This document shows, piece by piece, positions 34,728 to 45,000 of a stretch of DNA of 64,000 nt. Below the pieces are notes generated by a model. It did no database searches. It saw only the letters and a program-made list of their open reading frames with translations, and had not been told where the DNA came from. The first letter of the stretch is position 1. Each line of letters begins with the position of its first letter. Made by a program: the position numbers and the translations under genes. This DNA is from an uncultured bacterium (lineage in GTDB: Bacteria; Pseudomonadota; Gammaproteobacteria; Burkholderiales; JACQAP01). Location: positions 6,580 through 70,579 of the forward strand of contig CBDDRM010000201.1 of NCBI GenBank assembly GCA_965233135.1, read 5' to 3'.

Positions 34728-35807
34728 ATGAAAACTTACAGAATCGCAGCCATTCCGGGCGACGGAATCGGCACAGAGGTCATCGCCGCCGGCATCGAAG
34801 TGCTCGAGTCCCTCGCCGTGCGTGATGGCGGCTTCAGACTCGAATTCGAGCATTTCGACTGGGGCAGCAACTACTACCTTAAGCACGGAGCCATGATGCC
34901 CGCGGACGGGCTGGACCGGCTCAAGCCCTTCGACGCCATTTATTTCGGCGCGGTCGGTTCCAGGGAAGTGCCGGACCACGTATCGTTGTGGGGCCTGCGC
35001 CTGAACATCTGCCAGAGCTTCGATCAGTACGCCAACGTGCGGCCGGCCCGTGTGCTGCCGGGGATCGATCCGCCCCTGAAACTCGTCTCCCCTGCCGATC
35101 TTGACTGGGTCATCGTGCGCGAGAATTCCGAGGGCGAGTATTCCGGTCAGGGCGGCCGCAGCCATCGTGGACTGCCCGAGGAAATTGCGACCGAGGTTTC
35201 CATATTCACACGCGCCGGGGTGGAACGCATACAGCGCTTTGCGTTCGAGCTTGCGCAGGGTCGGCCCAGACGCCAGCTGACCCTCATTACCAAGTCCAAC
35301 GCCCAGCGCCACGGCATGGTCCTGTGGGATGAAATCTTTGCGCGCGTCGCCAGGGATTATCCTGAAGTGCACACCGACAAGATGTTGGTCGATGCCGCCA
35401 CCATGCGCATGGTGCTGAAGCCTGCATCACTCGATGTGATGGTGGCAACCAATCTACATGCCGATATCCTTTCCGATCTGGCCGCGGCGCTGTCGGGAAG
35501 CCTTGGCATAGCGCCGACCGCGAATCTCAATCCGGAGCGTAAATTCCCGTCCATGTTCGAACCCATTCACGGCTCTGCGCTCGATATCGTCGGACGCGGC
35601 ATAGCCAATCCGATTGGCACCTTCTGGACCGCCGTGATGATGCTGCAACATCTGGGCGAGCCCACCGCCGCCGCGAAGCTGATGGGTGCAATCGAGCACG
35701 TGACGAGTTCGCGCGTATTTACGCCGGATTTGGGCGGTCGCGCACGCACCGCGGAAGTGACCGCCGCGCTATGCCGCGCCATCGCGGACGCGCCCGGTCA
35801 CGCCTGA
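34728..35807 (+). CDS. Tartrate dehydrogenase / D-malate dehydrogenase (decarboxylating)-like enzyme, paralog 2
   Basis: 359 aa. RIAAIPGDGIGTEVIAAG, IVRENSEGEYS, NLHADILSDLA and FEPIHGSALDI. By eye it is roughly half identical to paralog 1. Confidence 0.85.
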   Translation: MKTYRIAAIPGDGIGTEVIAAGIEVLESLAVRDGGFRLEFEHFDWGSNYYLKHGAMMPADGLDRLKPFDAIYFGAVGSREVPDHVSLWGLRLNICQSFDQYANVRPARVLPGIDPPLKLVSPADLDWVIVRENSEGEYSGQGGRSHRGLPEEIATEVSIFTRAGVERIQRFAFELAQGRPRRQLTLITKSNAQRHGMVLWDEIFARVARDYPEVHTDKMLVDAATMRMVLKPASLDVMVATNLHADILSDLAAALSGSLGIAPTANLNPERKFPSMFEPIHGSALDIVGRGIANPIGTFWTAVMMLQHLGEPTAAAKLMGAIEHVTSSRVFTPDLGGRARTAEVTAALCRAIADAPGHA

Positions 35808-35989
35808 CCCAGTCCGGCGGGCATTTTTTGTTGCAGTCCTGGTGAAGAGCCGGTTGCCTGAGGGCACGGATTCGCCCAGAATGCAACGGGCATGATGCTT
35901 GCGCGACCCGTTCTGACGGCTTTTGTCAGGTCGCTCTGAGTGCAGATACTTACGGCGGCCCGAACCATCCAACGTGCATCCGACATATC

Positions 35990-37951
35990 GTGGATTCTTC
36001 AAACAAGAAGCTTCGTTCTCGTCCCGACGCCGATACTGAACCGGTCGTCGATGGGGAGGGCACTCTGGCGCTCCCGGACAAGCCTCTGATGGAGGAGTCG
36101 GCGCCCATGTCGCCATCCGATGCGGCACGCCGAATCGCCGAACTCGAATATCAGCTCGAACAGCTGCAAACGCAGCTGAGCGCTGCGCACGACAAGCTTC
36201 AAAGCATCGATGCCGAGCCTAGCGAGGCGGGACCGACGGCGCCCGACCCACAGGCATCCGCGCGCCAGACACTCGAAGCGCTCAAGGCGAGTCTCGATCG
36301 CAAGACGCTGGCGCTGGCGTTTGCGGAGATAGGCACTTGCGAGCTTGACGTCAAAACCTCGATGGTGCATTCATCGGAAATGAGCCTGCGGCTGTTCGGC
36401 GTGCGCAGCGATCAGCGCGATGTACCCTATGAAACGCTGATGGAATGCCTGCACCCGGAAGATCGCGCCAAGTTCGATCATGCGCTGGAACAATGCCTCA
36501 ACGGCACCGGCAACCTTGACATCGAATACCGCGTGGCTTGGATCGACGGTAGTTTTCGGTGGCTGCGCACCAAGGGCGATGCGCTGCTCGATCTCGAGGG
36601 CGAACCGATCAAGGTATTGTGGGTCACCGAAGACGTCTCGCAGCGCAAGGACATGGATGCTCGCGTGCGGTTTCTGGCGCATCACGACTTGCTGACCGGC
36701 CTGCCCAACCGCACGCTTTTTCAGGACCGCATGCAGCAGGCGCTTGCTGCGGCGAAGCGCATGCAATCGCGCGTTGCTTTGCTTTTCATCGATCTTGACC
36801 GGTTCAAAACCGTGAATGATTCGTTCGGTCACCGCGCTGGCGACATTCTTCTGCAGACGGTGGCCGCCCGCCTGCGCGGCTGTGTGCGAGAGACGGATAC
36901 TGTCTGCCGGCATGCCGGGGACGAATACCTCATTGTGCTGTCTGCCTTGCGGGAACCGACCGAGGCCGCGCTGGTCGCTGACAAGGTGCTGAAGATATTC
37001 GACGAGATCTTCGTGCTCGAAAGCCACGAGGTCCAGATTTCGGCCAGTGTCGGCATCAGCATCTATCCGGACGACGGACAGAACATGGAGGATCTGATCC
37101 GCAACGCGGACGCGGCGATGTATCAATCGAAAAAAAGCGGCCGCAACCGCTTCGAGTTCTTCACGCCCGAACTGAACGTGCCGGTCGCCGAACGCCTCGT
37201 GCTGGCCAGTCAGCTGCGCAGCGCAATCGAAACGAACCAGCTTGTGTTGCATTATCAGCCGCAGTTCGAGACCTCTACAGGTCGAATCGTCGCTGCCGAG
37301 GCATTGGTTCGCTGGAATCACAGCCAGCATGGTCTGTTGTTCCCCGACAGCTTCATCGCGCTCGCTGAAGAATCGGACATCATCCAGCTTATCGGCGAGT
37401 GGGTGCTGAACGAAGCCTGTCGGCAGATCGCGGAATGGCGTGCGAGACATCTCAACGTCGTGCCTGTCGCAATCAATTTCTCGGCGTTCCAGTTTCGACG
37501 TGCAAATCTCGTTGAGAATGTCGCGGCAGCTTTTGCCCGCCACGGCGTCAAGCCTCAACAGCTCGAAATCGAGCTTACCGAGAACGCCATCATGCAGGAT
37601 CCCAAGGAGACGGCCAAGACGCTCGACCGTTTGCACGAAATGGGCGTCAGTCTTTCCATCGACGATTTCGGTACCGGCTATTCAAGTCTGAATTATCTCA
37701 AGCGCTTCCCGATCGACAAACTAAAGATCGATCGCAGCTTTGTCGAGGACCTCCCGCACGACCTGAACGATTCGGCGATCGTCCAGGCAATCATCAACCT
37801 GGCGAAAAGCTTGCGCATGGTTGTCGTCGCTGAAGGCGTGGAAACCAGGGCACAGCTCGATTTTCTGCGCTCGCTGAGTTGCGAGGCCTACCAGGGCTAT
37901 CTGGGCGGAAGACCCGTTGAGCCCGAACGCTTCGCCGCACTGCTCAGTTAG
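35990..37951 (+). CDS. Cytoplasmic coiled-coil + PAS + degenerate GGDEF + EAL protein (probable c-di-GMP phosphodiesterase)
   Basis: 653 aa. Coiled coil IAELEYQLEQLQTQLSAAHDKL, then a PAS-like region. The GGDEF position reads RETDTVCRHAGDEYLIVL (AGDEY). The EAL domain is intact (AAEALVRWNH, EIELTENA, DDFGTGYSSLNYLK). The track start is GTG 35990; ATG 36089 is an alternative. Confidence 0.85.
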   Translation: MDSSNKKLRSRPDADTEPVVDGEGTLALPDKPLMEESAPMSPSDAARRIAELEYQLEQLQTQLSAAHDKLQSIDAEPSEAGPTAPDPQASARQTLEALKASLDRKTLALAFAEIGTCELDVKTSMVHSSEMSLRLFGVRSDQRDVPYETLMECLHPEDRAKFDHALEQCLNGTGNLDIEYRVAWIDGSFRWLRTKGDALLDLEGEPIKVLWVTEDVSQRKDMDARVRFLAHHDLLTGLPNRTLFQDRMQQALAAAKRMQSRVALLFIDLDRFKTVNDSFGHRAGDILLQTVAARLRGCVRETDTVCRHAGDEYLIVLSALREPTEAALVADKVLKIFDEIFVLESHEVQISASVGISIYPDDGQNMEDLIRNADAAMYQSKKSGRNRFEFFTPELNVPVAERLVLASQLRSAIETNQLVLHYQPQFETSTGRIVAAEALVRWNHSQHGLLFPDSFIALAEESDIIQLIGEWVLNEACRQIAEWRARHLNVVPVAINFSAFQFRRANLVENVAAAFARHGVKPQQLEIELTENAIMQDPKETAKTLDRLHEMGVSLSIDDFGTGYSSLNYLKRFPIDKLKIDRSFVEDLPHDLNDSAIVQAIINLAKSLRMVVVAEGVETRAQLDFLRSLSCEAYQGYLGGRPVEPERFAALLS

Positions 37952-38167
37952 TCGGCGCCAGGGGTTTAACCCGCGCGTCATTCGCCGGGCACGTCGAGGG
38001 CTAAACGTCGCGTTCCGGCGCCTGCTGCATCGCAACTTCTGCACGCCTCTCCCCGCAGATCCCGTCTCCTGAGAATCTTCGGTAGCAAAAACATGGGCAT
38101 CGCGTAAGGCTTTCACGACTTGAACCGGGTAGCTCATAATCTCGTCTTAATCGACTTCAGACCGCCT

Positions 38168-38896
38168 ATGAGCCAGGCACCGACGAACATACTAGTGGTC
38201 GACGACGATCAGCGGCTGCGGGAACTGCTTAACCGGTATCTCGGTGAACAGGGATTCGGCGTTCAGTCCGTCGCCAGTGCACCGGCGATGGACAAGGTCA
38301 TGGGCAAGGAAAATATCGACATGATCATCCTTGACCTGATGCTTCCCGGGGAGGATGGCATGAGCGTATGCCGCAGGCTCAGGGCCGCCGGCATGCGCAC
38401 CCCCATCATCATGCTGACTGCGAAGGGCGACGAAGCCGATCGCATCGCCGGTCTCGATATAGGCGCTGATGATTATTTGCCCAAGCCCTTCAATCCCCGC
38501 GAGCTGGTCGCACGGATCAATGCCGTACTGCGCCGCCAGTCCCCGGTAAATGCGGCGCCAGGCGCGCCGGATGAAAGTCTGAAGCCGGTCAAATTTGGCC
38601 CGTTCGAGATCAACCTCGCCACGCGCACACTCACCCGCAGCGGTAAGCAGGTAGGACTGACCACTGGCGAATTTGCCATGCTCAAAGCGCTTGTGACGCA
38701 TCCGCGCACGCCGCTTTCACGCGACCGGCTGATGGAGCTTGCGCGCGGTCGCGAATACGGCGTCTTCGATCGTAGTATCGACGTGCAGGTGTCACGACTG
38801 CGCAGATTGCTCGAGGAAGATCCTGCGCATCCACGCTACATTCAGACCGTTTGGGGCGTCGGATATGTATTTGTGCCCGACGACCATATTACGTAG
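38168..38896 (+). CDS. ompR: Two-component response regulator OmpR
   Basis: From ATG 38168. ILVVDDDQRLRELLNRYLGEQGF...DLMLPGEDG...PKPFNPRELVARINAVLRR...YIQTVWGVGYVF, close to E. coli OmpR throughout. Confidence 0.92.
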   Translation: MSQAPTNILVVDDDQRLRELLNRYLGEQGFGVQSVASAPAMDKVMGKENIDMIILDLMLPGEDGMSVCRRLRAAGMRTPIIMLTAKGDEADRIAGLDIGADDYLPKPFNPRELVARINAVLRRQSPVNAAPGAPDESLKPVKFGPFEINLATRTLTRSGKQVGLTTGEFAMLKALVTHPRTPLSRDRLMELARGREYGVFDRSIDVQVSRLRRLLEEDPAHPRYIQTVWGVGYVFVPDDHIT

Positions 38897-38907
38897 CGAG
38901 TAAAGGT

Positions 38908-40236
38908 ATGACCTGGTTGCCGCAGTCGCTACTGTCGCGCTCGGTGCTTCTGATCTCGGCGCTTCTCGTGGTGAGCCAGATGATCTGGTTCGGGCTGTAT
39001 CGCACTTACAACGTGCGAACCCAGTCGGAGTATCTTGCCAGCCAGATCGCCAGCGTCATCAGCACGGTCAGCGTGGCTCTGGAGGCAATGCCGGCTTCCG
39101 CCCGCCGCAAGTTCAGCGAGAGGTTGCCCGCGCAGCAGAACATCCGGCTGTTGCCTGCAACGGCATGGGACGATGAAGAAGTGCCTCTGCCCGAATCGCC
39201 CTTATTGCGCAGCATCAGCGAGCAACTGAAACGGGATTTTTCCGGTGACGCGCAGGCGCTGGTCATGCTCGAGGACGCCACCCGCGCGCTCTGGATCAAG
39301 ATCAAGGTCAAGAATCAGGCTTACTGGGTGGTATTTCCCCCGGAGTCGCGCGGTTCTGCATCGGCGTGGGCTTGGGCCGGCTGGAGCATATTCGGACTGA
39401 CGCTGGCAATTACCGGTGGATACTTGCTGATGCTGCGGGTCAATCGACCGTTGCGCGCATTGGCTAACGCTGCCGGGGAAATAGGTGCCGGCAAGACCCC
39501 CAGGCCACTCGATGAAAACGGTCCGGTCGAGATTCGCACGCTTTCTCATGCGTTCAATCAAATGACCTCGAATCTCAAGCGCATCGACAGCGACCGTGCC
39601 GTGCTGCTCGCCGGCATCTCGCATGATTTGCGCACGCCATTGTCCCGTCTGCGGCTCGGCGTCGAGATGCTTGATGACATCGGGAATGCCGAACTTAAAC
39701 CCGGCATGATCCAGGACATCGAGGATATGGATGCCATCATCAATCAATTTCTGGATTTCGCGCGCGAAGGCGACAACGAGCCATCATGTCCGGGAGAAGA
39801 CCTGAATCACATCGTTGCAAACGTGTGTGAGCGTTTCTCGCGCACGGGGCGTGTCATCACGACGCGGCTCGGAGCGCTGCCGCCACTGACGCTGAAGCCG
39901 ACAGCCACGCAACGCATGGTCACCAACCTGGTCGACAACGCCGTGCGATATGGCGGCCACGAAGTCGAAGTCAGTACCGAGTATGCCGATGGCAATGCCG
40001 TCGTACGCGTCATGGATCGCGGGCCGGGGATCCCCGGAAACGATTTTGCGCGCGTGATGCAGCCCTTTACACGGATGGAGGCCTCCCGCGCCGGTGGCAA
40101 GGGATCGGGTTTGGGTCTGGCCATCGTCGAGCGCGCGGCGCGAATGCATGGCGGTCGGGTCCGGCTCATGGGCCGCGAGGGCGGCGGGCTGGAAGCAAGG
40201 GTCGAATTACCCGCCGTGGTCACGAAGGTTGCGTGA
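38908..40236 (+). CDS. envZ: Osmolarity-type sensor histidine kinase EnvZ
   Basis: From ATG 38908. Two TM helices, a HAMP domain, H-box GISHDLRTPLSRLRL, N-box VDNAVRYG and G-box GSGLGLAIVERAARMHGG. It lies 11 nt after the ompR stop. Confidence 0.88.
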   Translation: MTWLPQSLLSRSVLLISALLVVSQMIWFGLYRTYNVRTQSEYLASQIASVISTVSVALEAMPASARRKFSERLPAQQNIRLLPATAWDDEEVPLPESPLLRSISEQLKRDFSGDAQALVMLEDATRALWIKIKVKNQAYWVVFPPESRGSASAWAWAGWSIFGLTLAITGGYLLMLRVNRPLRALANAAGEIGAGKTPRPLDENGPVEIRTLSHAFNQMTSNLKRIDSDRAVLLAGISHDLRTPLSRLRLGVEMLDDIGNAELKPGMIQDIEDMDAIINQFLDFAREGDNEPSCPGEDLNHIVANVCERFSRTGRVITTRLGALPPLTLKPTATQRMVTNLVDNAVRYGGHEVEVSTEYADGNAVVRVMDRGPGIPGNDFARVMQPFTRMEASRAGGKGSGLGLAIVERAARMHGGRVRLMGREGGGLEARVELPAVVTKVA

Positions 40237-40241
40237 TTGCC

Positions 40242-40799
40242 TCACAACGCGTTCCAGACACGCATCGGTTCGTAGTGTGAACCGCGCGACGTTCGCAGCG
40301 ATCGGACCAGCGCAAATCCTTCCACTGCCCACTCGATCGGCGTCGCCAATCCGCGCAGCTCGCCGCAATGCGCCCCCTTGACGAGCGTCACATGAGGCGC
40401 AAACGCTCGGTTGTCCAGTACGAAGCCTGCGTCGGACAGCCACGTTTGGAGACTGGATACAAACTCTCGCAACGCTGCCGGAGTACGCGACGGGCCCGCC
40501 CAACCGATTTCATTGTGCGTCCAGCAGCCCCATCTATCCAGCGTAAGTGTGAAGGGCGTCAAGGCAACGGAGTGCGGCGGACGGAGCAGACGTGCGCATT
40601 TTTCCGGGTCGATCGCGCCGACAAACGCGAGAGTCAGATGCATACTTTCCTGCGCGGTGATACGACCCTGAATCTGCGCATGCATTTGTCGCGCCGTCCG
40701 GGAAAGTAGCGCACGCACGCGTGCATCCGGCCAAAGGGCGAAAAACACCCTGTCAGTGGCTGGTTTCAGCGCCGTCCGAATTCTGTCGTCTGCCGCCAT
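40242..40799 (-). CDS. thpR: RNA 2',3'-cyclic phosphodiesterase (2H phosphoesterase, ThpR/LigT)
   Basis: Two H-x-T-L motifs (MHLTLAFVG and PHVTLVKG). The track start overlaps ispF by 34 nt. An internal GTG near 40748 is possible, so the start is uncertain. Confidence 0.8.
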   Translation of the reverse strand: MAADDRIRTALKPATDRVFFALWPDARVRALLSRTARQMHAQIQGRITAQESMHLTLAFVGAIDPEKCARLLRPPHSVALTPFTLTLDRWGCWTHNEIGWAGPSRTPAALREFVSSLQTWLSDAGFVLDNRAFAPHVTLVKGAHCGELRGLATPIEWAVEGFALVRSLRTSRGSHYEPMRVWNAL

Positions 40800-41263
40800 T
40801 CGATCAAAGCGATGGCTTCTGCCGCGATGCCTTCGCCTCGCCCGGTAAATCCGAGACGCTCGGTCGTTTTCGCCTTGACGTTCACACGTGAGGGTTCCAC
40901 GGCCAGATCGGCGGCAATGTTGGCGATCATCTGTGGGATGTGAGGCGCCATCCTGGGTGCCTGCGCGATAATCGTGGAATCCAGATTGACGAGGTGAAAC
41001 CCTTCCTGCGCTAGCAGCTTGGCCACTTCGCGCAGCAACAGCCTGCTGTCTGCGCTCTTGAAGCGCGGATCGGTATCCGGGAAGTGCCGTCCGATGTCTC
41101 CTAACGCCGCAGCGCCCAGCAAGGCATCACACACCGCATGCAACAGCACATCGGCGTCGGAGTGCCCCTCGAGGCCTTTCTCGAACGCGATGTTGACCCC
41201 CCCGATGATCAAAGCACGACCCGCGACCAGCGCGTGGACATCGAATCCCAGGCCTGCCCTCAT
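40766..41263 (-). CDS. ispF: 2-C-methyl-D-erythritol 2,4-cyclodiphosphate synthase
   Basis: 165 aa. GLGFDVHAL...[19 protein letters not shown]...[14 protein letters not shown] overlap with ispD. Confidence 0.95.
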   Translation of the reverse strand: MRAGLGFDVHALVAGRALIIGGVNIAFEKGLEGHSDADVLLHAVCDALLGAAALGDIGRHFPDTDPRFKSADSRLLLREVAKLLAQEGFHLVNLDSTIIAQAPRMAPHIPQMIANIAADLAVEPSRVNVKAKTTERLGFTGRGEGIAAEAIALIEWRQTTEFGRR

Positions 41264-41961
41264 TGCTGCCCCATCGATTCATTCAAGATCAATTCAGTCA
41301 ATGCGAAGTCCTGCGCGTGCGTGACTTTGAGATTCAGTGCGTCGGACTGCACCAGCTTCGGCCTGAAGCCAAGCGACTCAACTGCGGCGGCTTCGTCGGT
41401 CGCATGCTGCAGGTCGCACGAACGTAACGCGCGCCGCAGCAACTCGTAGCGGAACATCTGCGGTGTCTGCGCTTGCCACAGTCCTGCCCTGGGCTCGGTA
41501 CCCAGTGAACGCCGTTCGCCGTCTGCGCGTTTGAGCGTATCGGAAACCGGCATTGCCAGCAGGCCGCCTGCACTGTCGTTGCCGACTTCGCCGATGAGCC
41601 GATCCAGCATCGAATGGCTCAGACAGGGACGCGCCGCATCGTGCACCAGGATCCAATCGTCGCTCTGGGCGTAACCGGCCATGTGCTCCAGCGCGTTGAG
41701 CACGGTCGCCGCACGTGAACTTCCGCCACGGAACAACGCTTCAAGCTTGGCGCCAAAAGGCGACCAATCGTAGGTTCCGAAATAGCGATCTTCGGCTGCC
41801 AGAACCACGCAAACGCGTTCGATCGCAGCATGGCGGCACAGCCGGGCGACCGCGAAATACAGCAACGGCCGCCCGCTGACCGGCAGATATTGCTTGGGCA
41901 GCAGTCCACCCACGCGGGTGCCGGTGCCGGCTGCTGGAATAACTGCGAGGTAACGGGGCAT
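41260..41961 (-). CDS. ispD: 2-C-methyl-D-erythritol 4-phosphate cytidylyltransferase
   Basis: 233 aa. [21 protein letters not shown] and [10 protein letters not shown] motifs. Confidence 0.93.
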   Translation of the reverse strand: MPRYLAVIPAAGTGTRVGGLLPKQYLPVSGRPLLYFAVARLCRHAAIERVCVVLAAEDRYFGTYDWSPFGAKLEALFRGGSSRAATVLNALEHMAGYAQSDDWILVHDAARPCLSHSMLDRLIGEVGNDSAGGLLAMPVSDTLKRADGERRSLGTEPRAGLWQAQTPQMFRYELLRRALRSCDLQHATDEAAAVESLGFRPKLVQSDALNLKVTHAQDFALTELILNESMGQQ

Positions 41962-42082
41962 GGGCGGGGAAAGCCCGCATTATCAGCTCTCGGCGGTGCC
42001 CCGGCAACTCATAGTCACGGCGGGCCATGCCGACCGGCGGTCCGCTTACTCTATAATCGCATCTCATCACCAGGCCGCAATA

Positions 42083-45000
42083 ATGCAACTGCCTCGCCTC
42101 GCACCGGAACCCGGTGCGCGTACGAAACTCCCTCCCCTGCACGATTCCGCCGATGCTCTGGCGCTGGCGACGTTGCTGCGCAGTCCCAGGCCGTTGCTGG
42201 TGCTGACCGAATCCGCTCAGGATGCCGAACGATTGCGACTGGAGTTGGCGTTTTTCGCGCCCGAACTGCGCATTTTTCTGTTTCCGGACTGGGAAACGCT
42301 GCCTTACGACAGTTTTTCCCCGCACCAGGATCTCATCTCGGAACGCCTCGCCACCCTGTATCAGATCACCCATGAAGCGTTCGACGTCGCAGTCGTACCG
42401 GTCACCACCGCACTGTATCGCCTGCCACCGGCAAGTTTCATCGCCGGGCATACGTTCTTTCTCAAACAGGGGACAAAGCTGCCGGCCGATACGCTGCGCC
42501 AGCAATTGGCGCTTGCCGGCTATGCGCACGTCACGCAAGTCGTTTCCCCGGGTGAGTTCTGCTTCCGCGGCGGCGTCGTAGATCTATTCCCAATGGGAAG
42601 CGCCCTGCCATACCGCATCGACCTGTTCGACGACGAGGTCGACAGCATCCGCACGTTCGACGTCGACACGCAACGAAGTATCTACAAGGTCAACGATGTG
42701 CGCCTGCTGCCCGCGCGCGAATTCCCGACCGACGATGCCGCGCGCACTGCGTTTCGCGTGCGTTTCCGCGAGAAGTTCGAAGGCGATCCGTCCAAGAGCC
42801 GGCTCTACAAAGATGTGAGCCAGGGCCTGATGCCGGCAGGCATCGAGTATTACCTGCCTTTATTCTTCGATCGCACCGCGACCCTGTTCGACTACTTGCC
42901 TCCCGCGACCCATGTATGCCTGCATCGTGCGATCGCCGAAGCCGTGCGCCAGTTCTGGATCGACACGCAATCGCGTTACAACCTGCTGCGCGGCGATCCG
43001 GACCGGCCCCTGCTGCCGCCGGCGGACCTGTTCCTGCGTGAAGACGAGTTCTTTGCGGGTCTCAAGCCGTTCGCGCGGATTGAAGCGCCAGGTCCAGGGG
43101 CTGCCGCGGAGTCTGCGGCGCCACTGGCCACCGAAGCCCTGCCCTCCGTGGCGGTCGACCGCCGTGCGCAAAACCCCCTGACTTCGCTGGCGACATTTTG
43201 CGCAACCTTTGAAGGCCGGGTCTTGCTCATTGCCGAGAGCCTCGGTCGCCGCGAGACCATGCTCGGACTCTTGCGCGAGTACGGCCTGCAACCGGTGCCG
43301 TGCGATTCCTGGGGCGCATTCGAGCAAGCTGAGCAGCCCCTGATGTTGACAGTCGGTCCGCTGCACGCGGGTTTCATCGATCCCGAGCGCCGCATTGCGA
43401 TCATCACCGAGAACGAACTCTACCCTTCGCAGGTCCGCACTCGCGCCACCCGCGAGCGGCGTATCGCTACCGAGGGCCTTTTACGAGATCTTTCCGAAGT
43501 CAAGATCGGCGATCCCGTGGTGCATTCCCAGCACGGCATCGGCCGCTATCTTGGTCTTGCGACCATGGACCTTGGCGAGGGCGCGACCGAGTTCCTGACC
43601 CTGGAGTACGAGGCTGGCGACAGGCTGTACGTGCCAGTTTCGCAGCTTGCCGTGATCAGCCGTTACAGCGGCGCCTCCGAGGAGGCTGCGCCGCTGCACA
43701 AGCTGGGCAGCGGCCAATGGGAGAAAGCCCGGCGCCGCGCAGCTGCGCAGGTGCGCGACACAGCGGCCGAACTGCTGAATCTTTATGCGCAGCGTGCACT
43801 GCGCGAGGGCTATGCGTTCAAGTTCAAAGCCCATGATTATGAAGCGTTCCGGGAAGGGTTCCCTTTTGAGGAAACAGCCGATCAGGCCGCCGCAATCGGC
43901 GCGGTGCTCGATGACATGCAGAGCGGACGGCCGATGGATCGGCTGATCTGCGGCGATGTAGGGTTCGGCAAGACCGAAGTCGCGTTGCGTGCTGCATTTA
44001 TCGCCGTCGCCGACGGCAAGCAGGTTGCAGTGCTGGTGCCGACGACATTGCTCGCGGAGCAGCATTTCCAGACCTTCACAGACCGTTTTGCCGACTGGCC
44101 GGTCAAGATAGTCGAGCTGTCCCGCTTCCGCTCGAGCAAGGAAACGACAGCCGCACTGGAAGGCCTTGCTGAAGGACGCGTCGATATCGCGATAGGTACG
44201 CACAAACTGCTGTCGCGCGGCCTGAAGTTCAAGAATCTGGGACTGACCATTATCGACGAGGAACACCGCTTCGGCGTGCGCCAGAAAGAGCAACTGAAGG
44301 CATTGCGCGCGGAAGTGGATGTGCTGACCCTCACGGCAACGCCGATTCCGCGCACATTGGCGATGTCGCTGGAGGGCTTGCGCGATTTTTCGGTCATCGC
44401 CACGGCCCCGCAGCGGCGGCTGGCGATCAAGACGTTCGTTGCTCCCATCAGCGACGGACTCATTCGTGAAGCCGTCCTGCGAGAACTCAAGCGCGGCGGG
44501 CAGGTGTACTTCCTGCACAATGAGATCGATTCCATCCACACCATGGAGGAGCGCCTGGCAAAGCTGTTACCGGAGGCGCGTATCCGTATCGCGCACGGGC
44601 AGATGCCCGAGCGTGAACTGGAACTGGTGATGCGCGATTTCTATCAGGCACGTTTCAATGTCCTCTTGTGCACGACCATCATCGAAACCGGAATCGACGT
44701 GCCGACGGCCAACACAATCATCATGAATCGTGCCGACAAGTTCGGCTTGGCTCAGTTGCATCAGTTGCGCGGCCGCGTTGGCCGCTCGCACCATCAGGCC
44801 TATGCCTATCTACTGACTCCGGATGAGGACGCGATCGGCGCACAGGCGAAGAAACGGCTCGATGCCATCCAGATGATGGAGGAACTGGGATCTGGTTTCT
44901 ATCTGGCCATGCACGATCTGGAAATTCGCGGCGCCGGTGAAGTACTCGGCGAATCCCAGAGCGGCGAGATGCAGGAAGTTGGTTTCGCGCTTTATGCCGA

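Noticed and set aside
34269-35372. 367-aa - ORF
   Set aside because: It lies antisense to both tartrate dehydrogenase paralogs, which have the full family motifs.
35791-35830. Possible terminator after the second tartrate dehydrogenase gene (GC-rich segment followed by ATTTTTTG)
   Set aside because: I could only pair 4-6 bp with bulges around the stop codon. The T-run is real, but the stem is too weak to call.
36371-37636. 421-aa - ORF
   Set aside because: It lies antisense to the PAS-GGDEF-EAL gene. Shadow ORF.
43481-44539. 352-aa - ORF (and 220-aa ORF 43882..44544)
   Set aside because: Both lie antisense to mfd, whose helicase motifs are unambiguous.
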